Positions 10,166 to 18,610 of a DNA stretch of 64,000 nucleotides are shown in pieces. The stretch is taken from positions 2,048,001 to 2,112,000 of the forward strand of contig OY970208.1 of NCBI GenBank assembly GCA_963713865.1, written 5' to 3'. This stretch comes from an uncultured candidate division Zixibacteria bacterium. Its GTDB lineage: Bacteria > Zixibacteria > MSB-5A5 > RBG-16-43-9. A program made the position numbers and the translations under genes. How positions within the stretch are numbered: position 1 is the stretch's first letter; every line of letters starts with the position of its first letter. Below the pieces are notes generated by a model. It worked only from the letters and a program-made list of their open reading frames with translations. It did no database searches and was not told the origin of the DNA.

Positions 10166-11515
10166 TTATCCCTTTAAAGTCATATTCACTTTAAATTTTA
10201 AGTTATCCCCTTCCAGTTTGCGTTCCAAGTTTGGACTTGCCCATATAGTTGATTGATTGAAAAGAATCCTTAACTCCTCCGCTCTATAAAAACTCTCGAC
10301 TTTATCTTCCCCTTGAATAATTCCGTTGATTTCCGCGTGCCATTTTTTACCTGCTCTTTTAACTGTCAAGGAATTAAGGGTGATGTCATCCGGAACTATC
10401 CTGGCTAATTCTAAAAGGAAATTAGTCCAGGCTGGCTGTGCCTCAACCGAGTTTGAGACCAACTCAACCGAAAGCTCCTTCAGCTCATTTTCTCTCTTTT
10501 TGATCTCGCCTTGAACCGCTTTTTCATCATCTAAAAGATTTAACCAATCGAGTGAATATTTTAGATTCGCGCCTAAGATAAAAAGAGTTATTCCAACGAA
10601 AACAGAAACTAAAATAGTAGCTACCTTTCTATTTTTCCTCGTTTCTTTAATCGAGGTAGGAACAAGGGAAAACTGGAACTTCTTAGGAGTTAAAAGCGCT
10701 AATCCTAAGCATCCCGGATAAGTCAGAAGCTCTTCATTGGAGCCCTGAAAAATTTCTTCTGCCCACACTGGCACGACCTTCAATTCCACCTTCTTCTTCA
10801 GGGCTTCTAAAAAATCTGAAGGTTTAAAACTACCACCTACCACGATCTTTTCGATCTTATCCTGGGGAAAGTTCTCCGTATAAAATAGAATGGTTTGATG
10901 AATATCTCTAATCAGCCGATCAGTTTCTCCTACCCCTTCCTCCATCTTTAAAGGAAGACCACGGGTTATCCTTATCTCCTTACCCTTAAAGATCAATATT
11001 CGGCTTCTATCCCCAGAGACATCCACAAATGCAACATTTTCATTCTCCTTTAGCTCACCTAATTTTTCTAAAAGGGTTCTTACCGCCATAGGATAAGTGG
11101 TGAAGATAGAGGGCTTCGTCTTTAAATTGGAGAAAAGAGAGACCAGTTCTTCTAAATGTTTTCTCCCTAAGCCTACCACCATAACTTTCGCTTGAGTTCC
11201 TGCAGTCTCCACCTCTACTTGTCCAAGCTCTTCGTATAGGTATTCGGATTCCTCTTCAAATATTTTTTTGGTCTCTTGCTGGATGGAGCTTTTGAAGAGG
11301 TTACCCTTCAGAGGGGGCATGAAAATCGTTTTATGCACAGAACCTTCTATGCTCCCGCATACCCTGATGTCTAATTTTCTCTTTTCTTCGGAAAGATATT
11401 TTGCCAGCTCTTCTCTGCTAAGCTTCAATAGTTTGATAACCTTGATCGTATCCCGATAAGGTTCTGCCAAAACCAGTTTGGCAAGCTCTCCATCCCATTC
11501 AACTGCTAAGATCAA
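10166..11515 (-). CDS. PilM-like actin-fold domain fused to PilN-like domain (GspL-like)
   Basis: FVDVSGDRSRILIF and IVVGGS (PilM-like), TM, then ELARIVPDDITLNSL (PilN-like). Confidence 0.7.
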   Translation of the reverse strand: MILAVEWDGELAKLVLAEPYRDTIKVIKLLKLSREELAKYLSEEKRKLDIRVCGSIEGSVHKTIFMPPLKGNLFKSSIQQETKKIFEEESEYLYEELGQVEVETAGTQAKVMVVGLGRKHLEELVSLFSNLKTKPSIFTTYPMAVRTLLEKLGELKENENVAFVDVSGDRSRILIFKGKEIRITRGLPLKMEEGVGETDRLIRDIHQTILFYTENFPQDKIEKIVVGGSFKPSDFLEALKKKVELKVVPVWAEEIFQGSNEELLTYPGCLGLALLTPKKFQFSLVPTSIKETRKNRKVATILVSVFVGITLFILGANLKYSLDWLNLLDDEKAVQGEIKKRENELKELSVELVSNSVEAQPAWTNFLLELARIVPDDITLNSLTVKRAGKKWHAEINGIIQGEDKVESFYRAEELRILFNQSTIWASPNLERKLEGDNLKFKVNMTLKG

Positions 11516-11543
11516 TTCTTCTCCTTAATCTTAATTCTTTTCT

Positions 11544-12365
11544 TTAAGGATAGATATCATCGCCCAAACCGCCATCATCTATCTTGTTCGGTCCCGAGGA
11601 ATAGAATTTATTCCCAGTGGGATCCCAGATATATTCAATCCCCCAGGGATCAATTAACTTATCCGCATCATTTATCAAACCAGCTTTAGTTAGTGAAGCC
11701 ACTCCGGTAACTAAAGACCAGTTAATGATCCCGTCCCAGTTTCCCGGTGGATCATTTAGACCTACATCTACAAAGCCATCACCATCATCATCGTTTTCCG
11801 CTAAGATCTGTGACGCCTGGTTTAACACTGCTATTTCTTCCTCAATCTCCCTTCTCCAGGAGATAGCGGCTTCCAATTCTGATTGGGAGATATAGATTAA
11901 AATATCGTCGAAATCAGGATTAGAGCTTTTCTGAGTATATCTTCCATCCGAAACAGTTGTATTCTCCTCGTCAAATCTCAGGTTTCTCCCGGAAGAGATT
12001 AATATTGCTGCAGTAGTTCCAATACTCTTACCATCAACTTTCAAATCTGCCAAAGGATTACCCCCGTTCGTAGCCACATATACGTAATATTTATCTTTAT
12101 AGTTCTCATCTGTTTGGGCTGAAGGAGCCAGTTCTAACTCATTGACTGGCAGGACATAATTTGTATCTGGCGAAGGGAGAACTAAATTCCTCTCATAATA
12201 ATTTAAAATCGCTTTTTTTATCTCCTCCATCTCCTTCTTTGTAGCTCTTTCTTTTTCTAATTTGCTGATCGCCCCATACAAATTAACCACAGATAGAGTA
12301 AGTATACCCATAATCGCTGAAACGATTAACAGCTCTATCAAAGAAAACCCTTTCTCTTTTTTCAT
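11544..12365 (-). CDS. Minor pilin/pseudopilin
   Basis: Prepilin cleavage motif KG|FSLIELLIV; C-terminal DPWG..Y...SSGPNK.D (GspG-like). Confidence 0.85.
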   Translation of the reverse strand: MKKEKGFSLIELLIVSAIMGILTLSVVNLYGAISKLEKERATKKEMEEIKKAILNYYERNLVLPSPDTNYVLPVNELELAPSAQTDENYKDKYYVYVATNGGNPLADLKVDGKSIGTTAAILISSGRNLRFDEENTTVSDGRYTQKSSNPDFDDILIYISQSELEAAISWRREIEEEIAVLNQASQILAENDDDGDGFVDVGLNDPPGNWDGIINWSLVTGVASLTKAGLINDADKLIDPWGIEYIWDPTGNKFYSSGPNKIDDGGLGDDIYP

Positions 12366-12531
12366 TTATATTAATCGAAAATTCATTACTGCGTAACTGT
12401 TCAGAAGCCCTGTTGCCCGCCAAGTTTCTTAGCGAAAAAACCTTATTTTCACCCCGCTTCATATTCTTATTTTATTTAGACTCACACCCCCTGAAGAGGA
12501 CTTTCTCCAGGATACTTAAAACTTTTTTTGT

Positions 12532-12559
12532 GGGGATGCACCCGTACGGGTGCATCCCC
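12532..12559. other. Perfect 28-bp palindrome downstream of the major pilin gene
   Basis: ggggatgcacccgtacgggtgcatcccc; no U-tract on the transcribed (minus) strand. Confidence 0.6.
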
Positions 12560-12579
12560 TTCTACTTCTTTTTAATCCC

Positions 12580-13098
12580 TTAATCTATGAAGTAGTAAAG
12601 ATCAATCCTCCCTGAGCCAGTATAGACACCATCTGCAGTTATTACTCCGGTGGTATCCACGCCATCATCCAACTGCCGATCTATGTTTCCGGCAACTTCA
12701 GGTGGCAGACTGATGCTGGCATAATTACCCTGGCGGTGAGTAGTCCCAATCATAGACGTGTCAGACCATCCCCACACGTATGTGCCTCCAAACGGGCTTC
12801 TCCGGCTTTGATGCGCTAAGTTCTCAGACTCCATATCGTTCCAGACTGTAGAATCAGCATCAAACTGGCCATTGCCATCCCTATCTCCAGGTAGCTGCTC
12901 AAACTTATCAAAGTAAGTGTAAGCACCAGCATAGAGTCCCTGCAGGTCTTTTACCTGCCTTCTTATCTTGGCGTTATTGATCATCTGGGCACCTCCTAAG
13001 ATGGCACCGATCAGAAGACCGATAATCACCAATCCGATGGCTAACTCGACTAAGGTAAAACCACTCTCTTTACCCAACAGCTTCCTCATTTCCTTCAC
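12580..13098 (-). CDS. Probable major pilin (type IV prepilin)
   Basis: SG|FTLVELAIGLVIIGLL motif; strong RBS AAGGAGGTG; first gene of the operon. Confidence 0.85.
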   Translation of the reverse strand: MKEMRKLLGKESGFTLVELAIGLVIIGLLIGAILGGAQMINNAKIRRQVKDLQGLYAGAYTYFDKFEQLPGDRDGNGQFDADSTVWNDMESENLAHQSRRSPFGGTYVWGWSDTSMIGTTHRQGNYASISLPPEVAGNIDRQLDDGVDTTGVITADGVYTGSGRIDLYYFID

Positions 13099-13300
13099 TT
13101 TTATATCACCTCCTTTCTTTTAGGATTTAATGACAACACCGAAAAGGTTTATTCTGATCCGTTGGAAACCAGAGAAGAATCCAAAATCCATAAATTTGCC
13201 TTAAGAAGATGATTTTTTTGATTGGAATATGTTTCCGCTGCTGGGAATCGGTCGGATAATGTTACTTGCAGGCCCCCCTCATACCCGTCCACTTTTTCAC

Positions 13301-13327
13301 TAATCGGAATACCTGAGGAAAACTTGA
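13301..13327 (-). promoter_or_regulatory. Putative sigma28-like promoter of the pilin operon
   Basis: TCAAG-N14-TCCGATTA on the minus strand. Confidence 0.35.
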
Positions 13328-13510
13328 GGGAAATACTAATTTTTTTACAGAATAAACTGGATATATAACATCTATTTAATTATAAACATCTCTGTGATGA
13401 AAAACATAAGAGTTATAATAAATATCCTTTTGAAATAATACTTCTTACCGATACTGATATTAATGGAATCAAAAAGTGGAAACTGTTGAATCAAAAGGAG
13501 ACTAAAAAAA

Positions 13511-13762
13511 GTGCCCGGGAAAATAAAACAGCTATTATGGATATTCTTGATCGATACTTACATTATCCTTATATCCTTTGCCTTTTTAAAAGTCCTGGAG
13601 CTTATGTTTAAATCTTTCTGGGCAAAAAAGCTTGTCCTTTTCAAGATCATCGATCTCACCTTCACCCTGCCGGTCCTTTTAGCCTATGCTTTCCTGCTCT
13701 CTTTTGATTTAAGCGAGTGTTTCTTCAGAAATAAATCCGGAAACAAAAAAGATGGACAATAA
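13511..13762 (+). CDS. Small hypothetical membrane protein
   Basis: RBS AAGGAG, two hydrophobic segments. Confidence 0.55.
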   Translation: MPGKIKQLLWIFLIDTYIILISFAFLKVLELMFKSFWAKKLVLFKIIDLTFTLPVLLAYAFLLSFDLSECFFRNKSGNKKDGQ

Positions 13763-14042
13763 AATACTCGATAATCTGGATATAAAGAAATTTGGCTCTC
13801 CGGAAGTTTTATCTCTGGTCATCTTACGGGTTTTAAAGATAGTCCTTTTCTGCCTCAGTCTTACTTTCCTTTTCTGGCTATTTTTGCTAAAAAGCTATAT
13901 TATGTTTACTCTGCTTTTAGGAGTAGTTCTGGGAAGCGTGGCTGAGATTATAACAAATTCCAGAAAAGGGTCTTTAAAAGACAGACCCGTAGAGGAAAAA
14001 GTTGAAGAGCGGGAGAAAAAAGAACTGGTAACTTCTGAATGA
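13752..14042 (+). CDS. Small hypothetical membrane protein
   Basis: Two TM segments and a charged tail; overlaps the previous ORF by 11 nt. Confidence 0.6.
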   Translation: MDNKILDNLDIKKFGSPEVLSLVILRVLKIVLFCLSLTFLFWLFLLKSYIMFTLLLGVVLGSVAEIITNSRKGSLKDRPVEEKVEEREKKELVTSE

Positions 14043-14136
14043 TTTATTCTTTCTGCTCAAAGCAGTAACCAGGATAAAACACAGAATTTATCTTTTATCC
14101 GAACCTTTTCCCCTAATCAAAAGTCTCAAAATTTTG

Positions 14137-14165
14137 TTGCCTTTCTTAAATAATCTAACTATAAT
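14137..14165 (+). promoter_or_regulatory. Putative sigma70 promoter for tRNA-Ser
   Basis: TTGCCT-N17-TATAAT. Confidence 0.5.
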
Positions 14166-14327
14166 AAAATTAAAGTTTAGAGTGAACTGGCATCTCGAAC
14201 AAACGCTAAACTAACAATCCGCCTCAGGCGGACAAACTGTATTCGGAGGAGAAGTTTTTGTCTTAAATAGGTTATTATAAAATTTTAAACCGTTTGGCAT
14301 TTTTCTCCAAACGCCAAACTGTATTCC

Positions 14328-14438
14328 GGAGAGATGTCCGAGTCCCGCCTTCGACGGGACAAGCTGGTCTAAGGAGCACGCCTGGTCATCCCGCCAAAAG
14401 CGGGAGATCCTGCTGAAAGCGGTGAAGAGAGCGTGTAG
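14328..14438 (+). pseudogene. Partial (5') duplicate of tRNA-Ser interrupted by two hairpin insertions
   Basis: Identical to the first 48 nt of the downstream tRNA once 14343-14363 and 14386-14427 are removed; lacks variable arm, T-arm and 3' acceptor strand. Confidence 0.8.
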
Positions 14439-14445
14439 GAGATAC

Positions 14446-14537
14446 GGAGAGATGTCCGAGCTGGTCTAAGGAGCACGCCTGGAGAGCGTGTAGCCCTTAA
14501 AAAGGGCTCCTGGGTTCGAATCCCAGTCTCTCCGCCA
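14446..14537 (+). tRNA. tRNA-Ser (anticodon GGA)
   Basis: Acceptor ggagaga/tctctcc, anticodon arm cacgc-ctGGAga-gcgtg, long variable arm, GGTTCGAATCC, G discriminator, encoded CCA. Confidence 0.95.
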
Positions 14538-14788
14538 GTTTTTAACTTTAGAATTGACAAATATACCCAAATTGGATAAAATATAATTTTAATTACAAAA
14601 AATAACTATAAAGTTACTAAAAGATTGAAGAAATTAAAATGCAAATTGTAATTTGAAAGAGACAATTTCGATACTTTTGGATTTTAATTATAACGTTGTG
14701 TAGCAGGTAAGCATATCCTAAGGACTGTTTGACAAAAAGAATTTTCTACAAAATATTATGATGACTTCTTTTTGCTAAGGCTTATTTC

Positions 14789-16081
14789 GTGGAGAATAAA
14801 GGATTAGAGTCAAGGTTAGATAATATGATAAATATTAAAGATGAAATAGTAAGGAATATTTTGGACAGCATGTCGGTAACTTCAGAGGGAAATATAGAAT
14901 GGTATAATTTTCAGTCATTAAAATATAATCACTATTCATTATTGCTGTTATCTGATTTGATGCTAGATAATAAATTTCGATCAAGACTTAACGCTTTAAG
15001 ATACTATTTTACTTCCGGAAATGACACCTATTGGGGGATTGAATTAACTTCAGTCTTCAAACAAATGAAGATGGAGAATAAATCAACATTTATAGATTTC
15101 AAGCAAAATTTGGATTCATTACTGCAAAATATTGAGGAGAGTTCAAGACCAGTAAAGTATGAACTGTATTATCCACTAAACATAAAAACAAACAACAAAA
15201 TAGAATCTATTAAATTTAGAGATATTCAAATAGAGATAAAAGATTACGAAGAAGTTAAAAATATATTAGAAAACCCAGCGCTCGAAAAAGAATTAGATTC
15301 TGAAAGACTAACAAAATCAAAATACAAATACATTAAAGTTACATTATGGTCTAGAAATCAGAATTATGCAGAACAAGTTGCAACAAAATACGCCAATTTG
15401 ATCTTGGGTTTTATAGCATATTCACAGAATTACGGACATGCCTTAATTGCGATTGTGGGAATCCCTAAGGAATTAACACGATTAAAACTGAACTATATTT
15501 TTGCTTTCAAGGAGGAATCTTACTCGGGATATTATTATTTTGAAGATAAATCTGACAATAGAGAGACTTATAATTTAAGTGATGATGATATTAGAAACTT
15601 GAATACTTTTGTAAAGCAATTTAATCAAGCGAATAAAAAAAAACAAGAGGTTTTGTTTAAAACAATAAGTTTATATTACTCTGGCTTAACCGAAAAGGAA
15701 ATAAACTACTCTTTTTTGAATTTTTGGAAATCCTTGGAGTTTATTACACTTAAAAAAAAAGGAACACCGCATTTAGAAATTACCAGAAGACTGAAGTCAA
15801 TTATAAAAAATCTAACACCTCTTGATGAATATATAATTGACAGGATTTATTCACTTAGAAATAATTTGATTCATGATGGAGCTTATGATATTTCTCAATA
15901 TGATAGGAATCTCTTAAAAACTTACACGGAAGGTATGATTAAATTTTTCATGTTTCAATTAAGCAAATATGAAATTCAGGAAATACAAACTATTTTCCAA
16001 TTCCTACAGAAGGATAAGGTAACACTTACTAAGAGTAAAGATTTACTTGATTTTGTTATTAAGTTAAAGGGAGAAAGATAA
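14789..16081 (+). CDS. HEPN-domain protein (ApeA-like C-terminus), low GC
   Basis: SFLNFWKSLE...IYSLRNNLIHDG carries the Rx4H HEPN motif; AT-rich; directly 3' of the tRNA. Confidence 0.7.
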   Translation: MENKGLESRLDNMINIKDEIVRNILDSMSVTSEGNIEWYNFQSLKYNHYSLLLLSDLMLDNKFRSRLNALRYYFTSGNDTYWGIELTSVFKQMKMENKSTFIDFKQNLDSLLQNIEESSRPVKYELYYPLNIKTNNKIESIKFRDIQIEIKDYEEVKNILENPALEKELDSERLTKSKYKYIKVTLWSRNQNYAEQVATKYANLILGFIAYSQNYGHALIAIVGIPKELTRLKLNYIFAFKEESYSGYYYFEDKSDNRETYNLSDDDIRNLNTFVKQFNQANKKKQEVLFKTISLYYSGLTEKEINYSFLNFWKSLEFITLKKKGTPHLEITRRLKSIIKNLTPLDEYIIDRIYSLRNNLIHDGAYDISQYDRNLLKTYTEGMIKFFMFQLSKYEIQEIQTIFQFLQKDKVTLTKSKDLLDFVIKLKGER

Positions 16082-16137
16082 ATGACCTGCTCATTTTATC
16101 AGGTGATCAGACATCTAACCCATTTTTCTTAAAACCA

Positions 16138-16312
16138 GTAACCCCACCTTGCTCACCAGGTGGGATTATTCGATCGTAGAGACGCATCGAATGCGTCTCC
16201 CATAAAAAAACGGATACCTTAAGGTATCCGTTACAAAAAATATTCGTCCGTCAGAAACGTCGGACGCTACTACTCTTTTTGTCAAGCAGCCCTGAGGACA
16301 TGCTTGACCTAC
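16138..16312. repeat. Cluster of five REP-like hairpins with GTAG/GTAA feet
   Basis: gtaaccccacct...aggtggg; gtagagacgcatcgaatgcgtctc; aacggatacct-taaggtatccgttac; cgtccg...cggacgctac; gtcaagca...tgcttgacctac. Confidence 0.7.
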
Positions 16313-16340
16313 AATATACTCTCTTAAACTCTTTATCCCT

Positions 16341-17756
16341 TTATCCCTTATTTCCCAGAGAGCAAAGATACTCGTGGATCGATCTGGCAGCTTTTCGTCC
16401 GGCTCCCATAGCCAGAATAACAGTTGCCGCACCGGTAACCACATCTCCTCCAGCCCAAACCCTTTCCATAGAGGTCTTACCAGTCTGTTCATCCGCAACG
16501 ATATTCCCGTTTTTCCCTACTTCTAACCCGGGTGTAGCCGCTGGAATAAGCGGGTTCGGGCTGTTACCGATGGCACATACCACCGCATCCACCGGTAAAA
16601 TTGTTTCTGAGCCTTCGATCGGAATTGGTTTTCTCCTGCCAGAGGAATCAGGCTCGCCTAACTCCATCTTGAGGTATTCAATTTCCTTGACCCACCCGTT
16701 TTCATCTCCAGTATATCGAATGGGGAGAGTCAAAAACTCGAAAATAATCCCTTCCTCCTCTGCATTTTCTATCTCCTCTAAACGAGCTGGAAGTTCCTGT
16801 CTGGATCTCCTGTAAATAATCCTGGTCTCTGCACCTAATCTCAGGGCAGTTCTGGCACAATCCATAGCCACGTTTCCCCCGCCGATAACTGCAACTCTTT
16901 TATGATTCTTTATGGGAGTATGAAACTCCGGGAAGAGAAAACCTTTCATCAGGTTCATCCTGGTCAGATATTCATTGGCTGAATAAACGCCATTCAGGTT
17001 TTCGCCAGGTATGTTCATAAACCAGGGAAGCCCCGCCCCGGAACCGACAAATACAGCATCAAATTCCTGCAGAAGATTATCCACGGTTCTGGTTTTTCCC
17101 ACCACAAAATCGGTTAATATTTTCACCCCTAATTTCCTGAGGTATTCAACTTCTCTGTTTACGATAGCCTTAGGAAGCCTGAATTCCGGGATACCATAAA
17201 TCAGGACCCCTCCCATCTTATGCAGAGCTTCAAAAATAGTAACCTGATGCCCTAATTTTATCAGGTCTCCAGCTACAGTTAGCCCTGCCGGCCCCCCACC
17301 CACAATTGCCACCTTTCTTCCAGTAGCTGGTGGAATTTCAGGTATCTCCAGCTTATCTTGCTCCGCTTCCCAGTCTGCCAGGAACCGCTCTAAACGACCA
17401 ATTGCGATCTGCCCTCCTTTTTTCTGGAGAATACAGGTCTCCTCGCACTGTTCCTCCTGTGGACAGACCCGACCGCAGACCGCTGGCAGTAAATTTTTTT
17501 CTTTTAATACCCTTATTCCTGCAGATAAATCTTTTTCAGCTATTCGTTTGATAAAGCCGGGAATGTTTATCTCCACCGGACACTTAATAACGCATTTTGG
17601 ATTTTTGCACTGCAGACATCTCTGGGCTTCCTCAACTGCAGTTTCAAACGGATACCCCAAAGCCACCTCGTTGAAATTATGCCTTCTTACTTCAGGCATC
17701 TGTTTGGGCATTTCCCTTCTTTTCAAATCCAGCTTTTTTTTCTGCGGCTCAGACAT
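16341..17756 (-). CDS. nfnB: NfnB/SudA (GltD-like) large subunit of NADH-dependent reduced ferredoxin:NADP+ oxidoreductase
   Basis: RCLQCKNPKC..CP, CGRVCPQEEQCE, GGGPAG, YGIPEFRLPK, GGGNVAMD; adjacent to nfnA. Confidence 0.85.
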   Translation of the reverse strand: MSEPQKKKLDLKRREMPKQMPEVRRHNFNEVALGYPFETAVEEAQRCLQCKNPKCVIKCPVEINIPGFIKRIAEKDLSAGIRVLKEKNLLPAVCGRVCPQEEQCEETCILQKKGGQIAIGRLERFLADWEAEQDKLEIPEIPPATGRKVAIVGGGPAGLTVAGDLIKLGHQVTIFEALHKMGGVLIYGIPEFRLPKAIVNREVEYLRKLGVKILTDFVVGKTRTVDNLLQEFDAVFVGSGAGLPWFMNIPGENLNGVYSANEYLTRMNLMKGFLFPEFHTPIKNHKRVAVIGGGNVAMDCARTALRLGAETRIIYRRSRQELPARLEEIENAEEEGIIFEFLTLPIRYTGDENGWVKEIEYLKMELGEPDSSGRRKPIPIEGSETILPVDAVVCAIGNSPNPLIPAATPGLEVGKNGNIVADEQTGKTSMERVWAGGDVVTGAATVILAMGAGRKAARSIHEYLCSLGNKG

Positions 17757-17767
17757 AAAATAATTCC

Positions 17768-18610
17768 CTATGATCTTTCAGCATGCTCTTCACACCTGCT
17801 GGTCCTGAGAGGAATAACCTCCTCTTTCAAGTATGTTTTGCGGCGCTGTAAAAGCTCAGCCCAGTTAACCTGATGACCGTCGAAATCCGGACCATCCACG
17901 CAGGCAAACTTTGTGCTGGTTCCTATAGTTACACGACATACACCGCACATCCCGGTGCCATCGATCATAATTGGATTCAGGCTTACGATAGTTTTTATGT
18001 TCAAGGGTCTGCTTATATCCGATCCTCTTTTCATAAGAAAGGTGCAGCCATTGATAATGATTCGACTGATTGGCTCTTCAGAGGATTGAATGATTTCAGG
18101 AAGCCGATTTATATGTCCCCGGTATCCCTTTGTTCCATCCCTGGTGATCTGGAAGAACTTATCAGAGACTTCTTTAAGCCTGTCCTCCCAGTAAAAAAGA
18201 TATGAGCTTCTGGCTTCTATAATTGTGATTACCTTATTATTTTTCTGTTTAAGTGCTCTAACAACCGGGAAAATACTCCCGATCCCGTAACATCCGCCAA
18301 TACAGAGAACCGTGCCAAAATTTTCGATTTCCGTGGGATTCCCCAGTGGTCCCACCACAGTTGGAATGCTGGTTCCGCCTTTAACTGAAGCCAGCCTTCC
18401 TGTAGTATTACCAACATTCATCAAAATAACCGTAACTGTCCCTTCTTTTTCGTCCCAATCAGAAACGGATAATGGTATCCTTTCCCCATCTTCGTCTGCT
18501 CGTAAAATAACGAATTGTCCTGGTTTCACCTGCTGGGCAACTGCCGGTGCTTCCAGGGTCAAAAGATGAATATTAGGCACGATCATCTGGTTTTTTATCA
18601 GTTTAAACAT
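17768..18610 (-). CDS. nfnA: NfnA/SudB small subunit
   Basis: PGQFVIL, GERIPLS, GPLG, DGTGMCGVCRV...FACVDGPDF. Confidence 0.85.
   Translation of the reverse strand: MFKLIKNQMIVPNIHLLTLEAPAVAQQVKPGQFVILRADEDGERIPLSVSDWDEKEGTVTVILMNVGNTTGRLASVKGGTSIPTVVGPLGNPTEIENFGTVLCIGGCYGIGSIFPVVRALKQKNNKVITIIEARSSYLFYWEDRLKEVSDKFFQITRDGTKGYRGHINRLPEIIQSSEEPISRIIINGCTFLMKRGSDISRPLNIKTIVSLNPIMIDGTGMCGVCRVTIGTSTKFACVDGPDFDGHQVNWAELLQRRKTYLKEEVIPLRTSRCEEHAERS

Noticed and set aside
12366..13330. c-di-GMP or other riboswitch in the pilin leader or the pilin-minor pilin spacer
   Set aside because: Could not find the conserved aptamer motifs by eye; an Rfam/Infernal scan would be decisive
14369..14560. 63-aa minus-strand ORF
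   Set aside because: Antisense to tRNA-Ser and its partial copy
14328..16312. Integrative element or prophage at tRNA-Ser
   Set aside because: No integrase and no downstream duplication of the tRNA 3' end seen
16166..16815. ORFs 16166-16498 (-) and 16279-16815 (+)
   Set aside because: They overlap nfnB and REP hairpins and show no recognisable motifs
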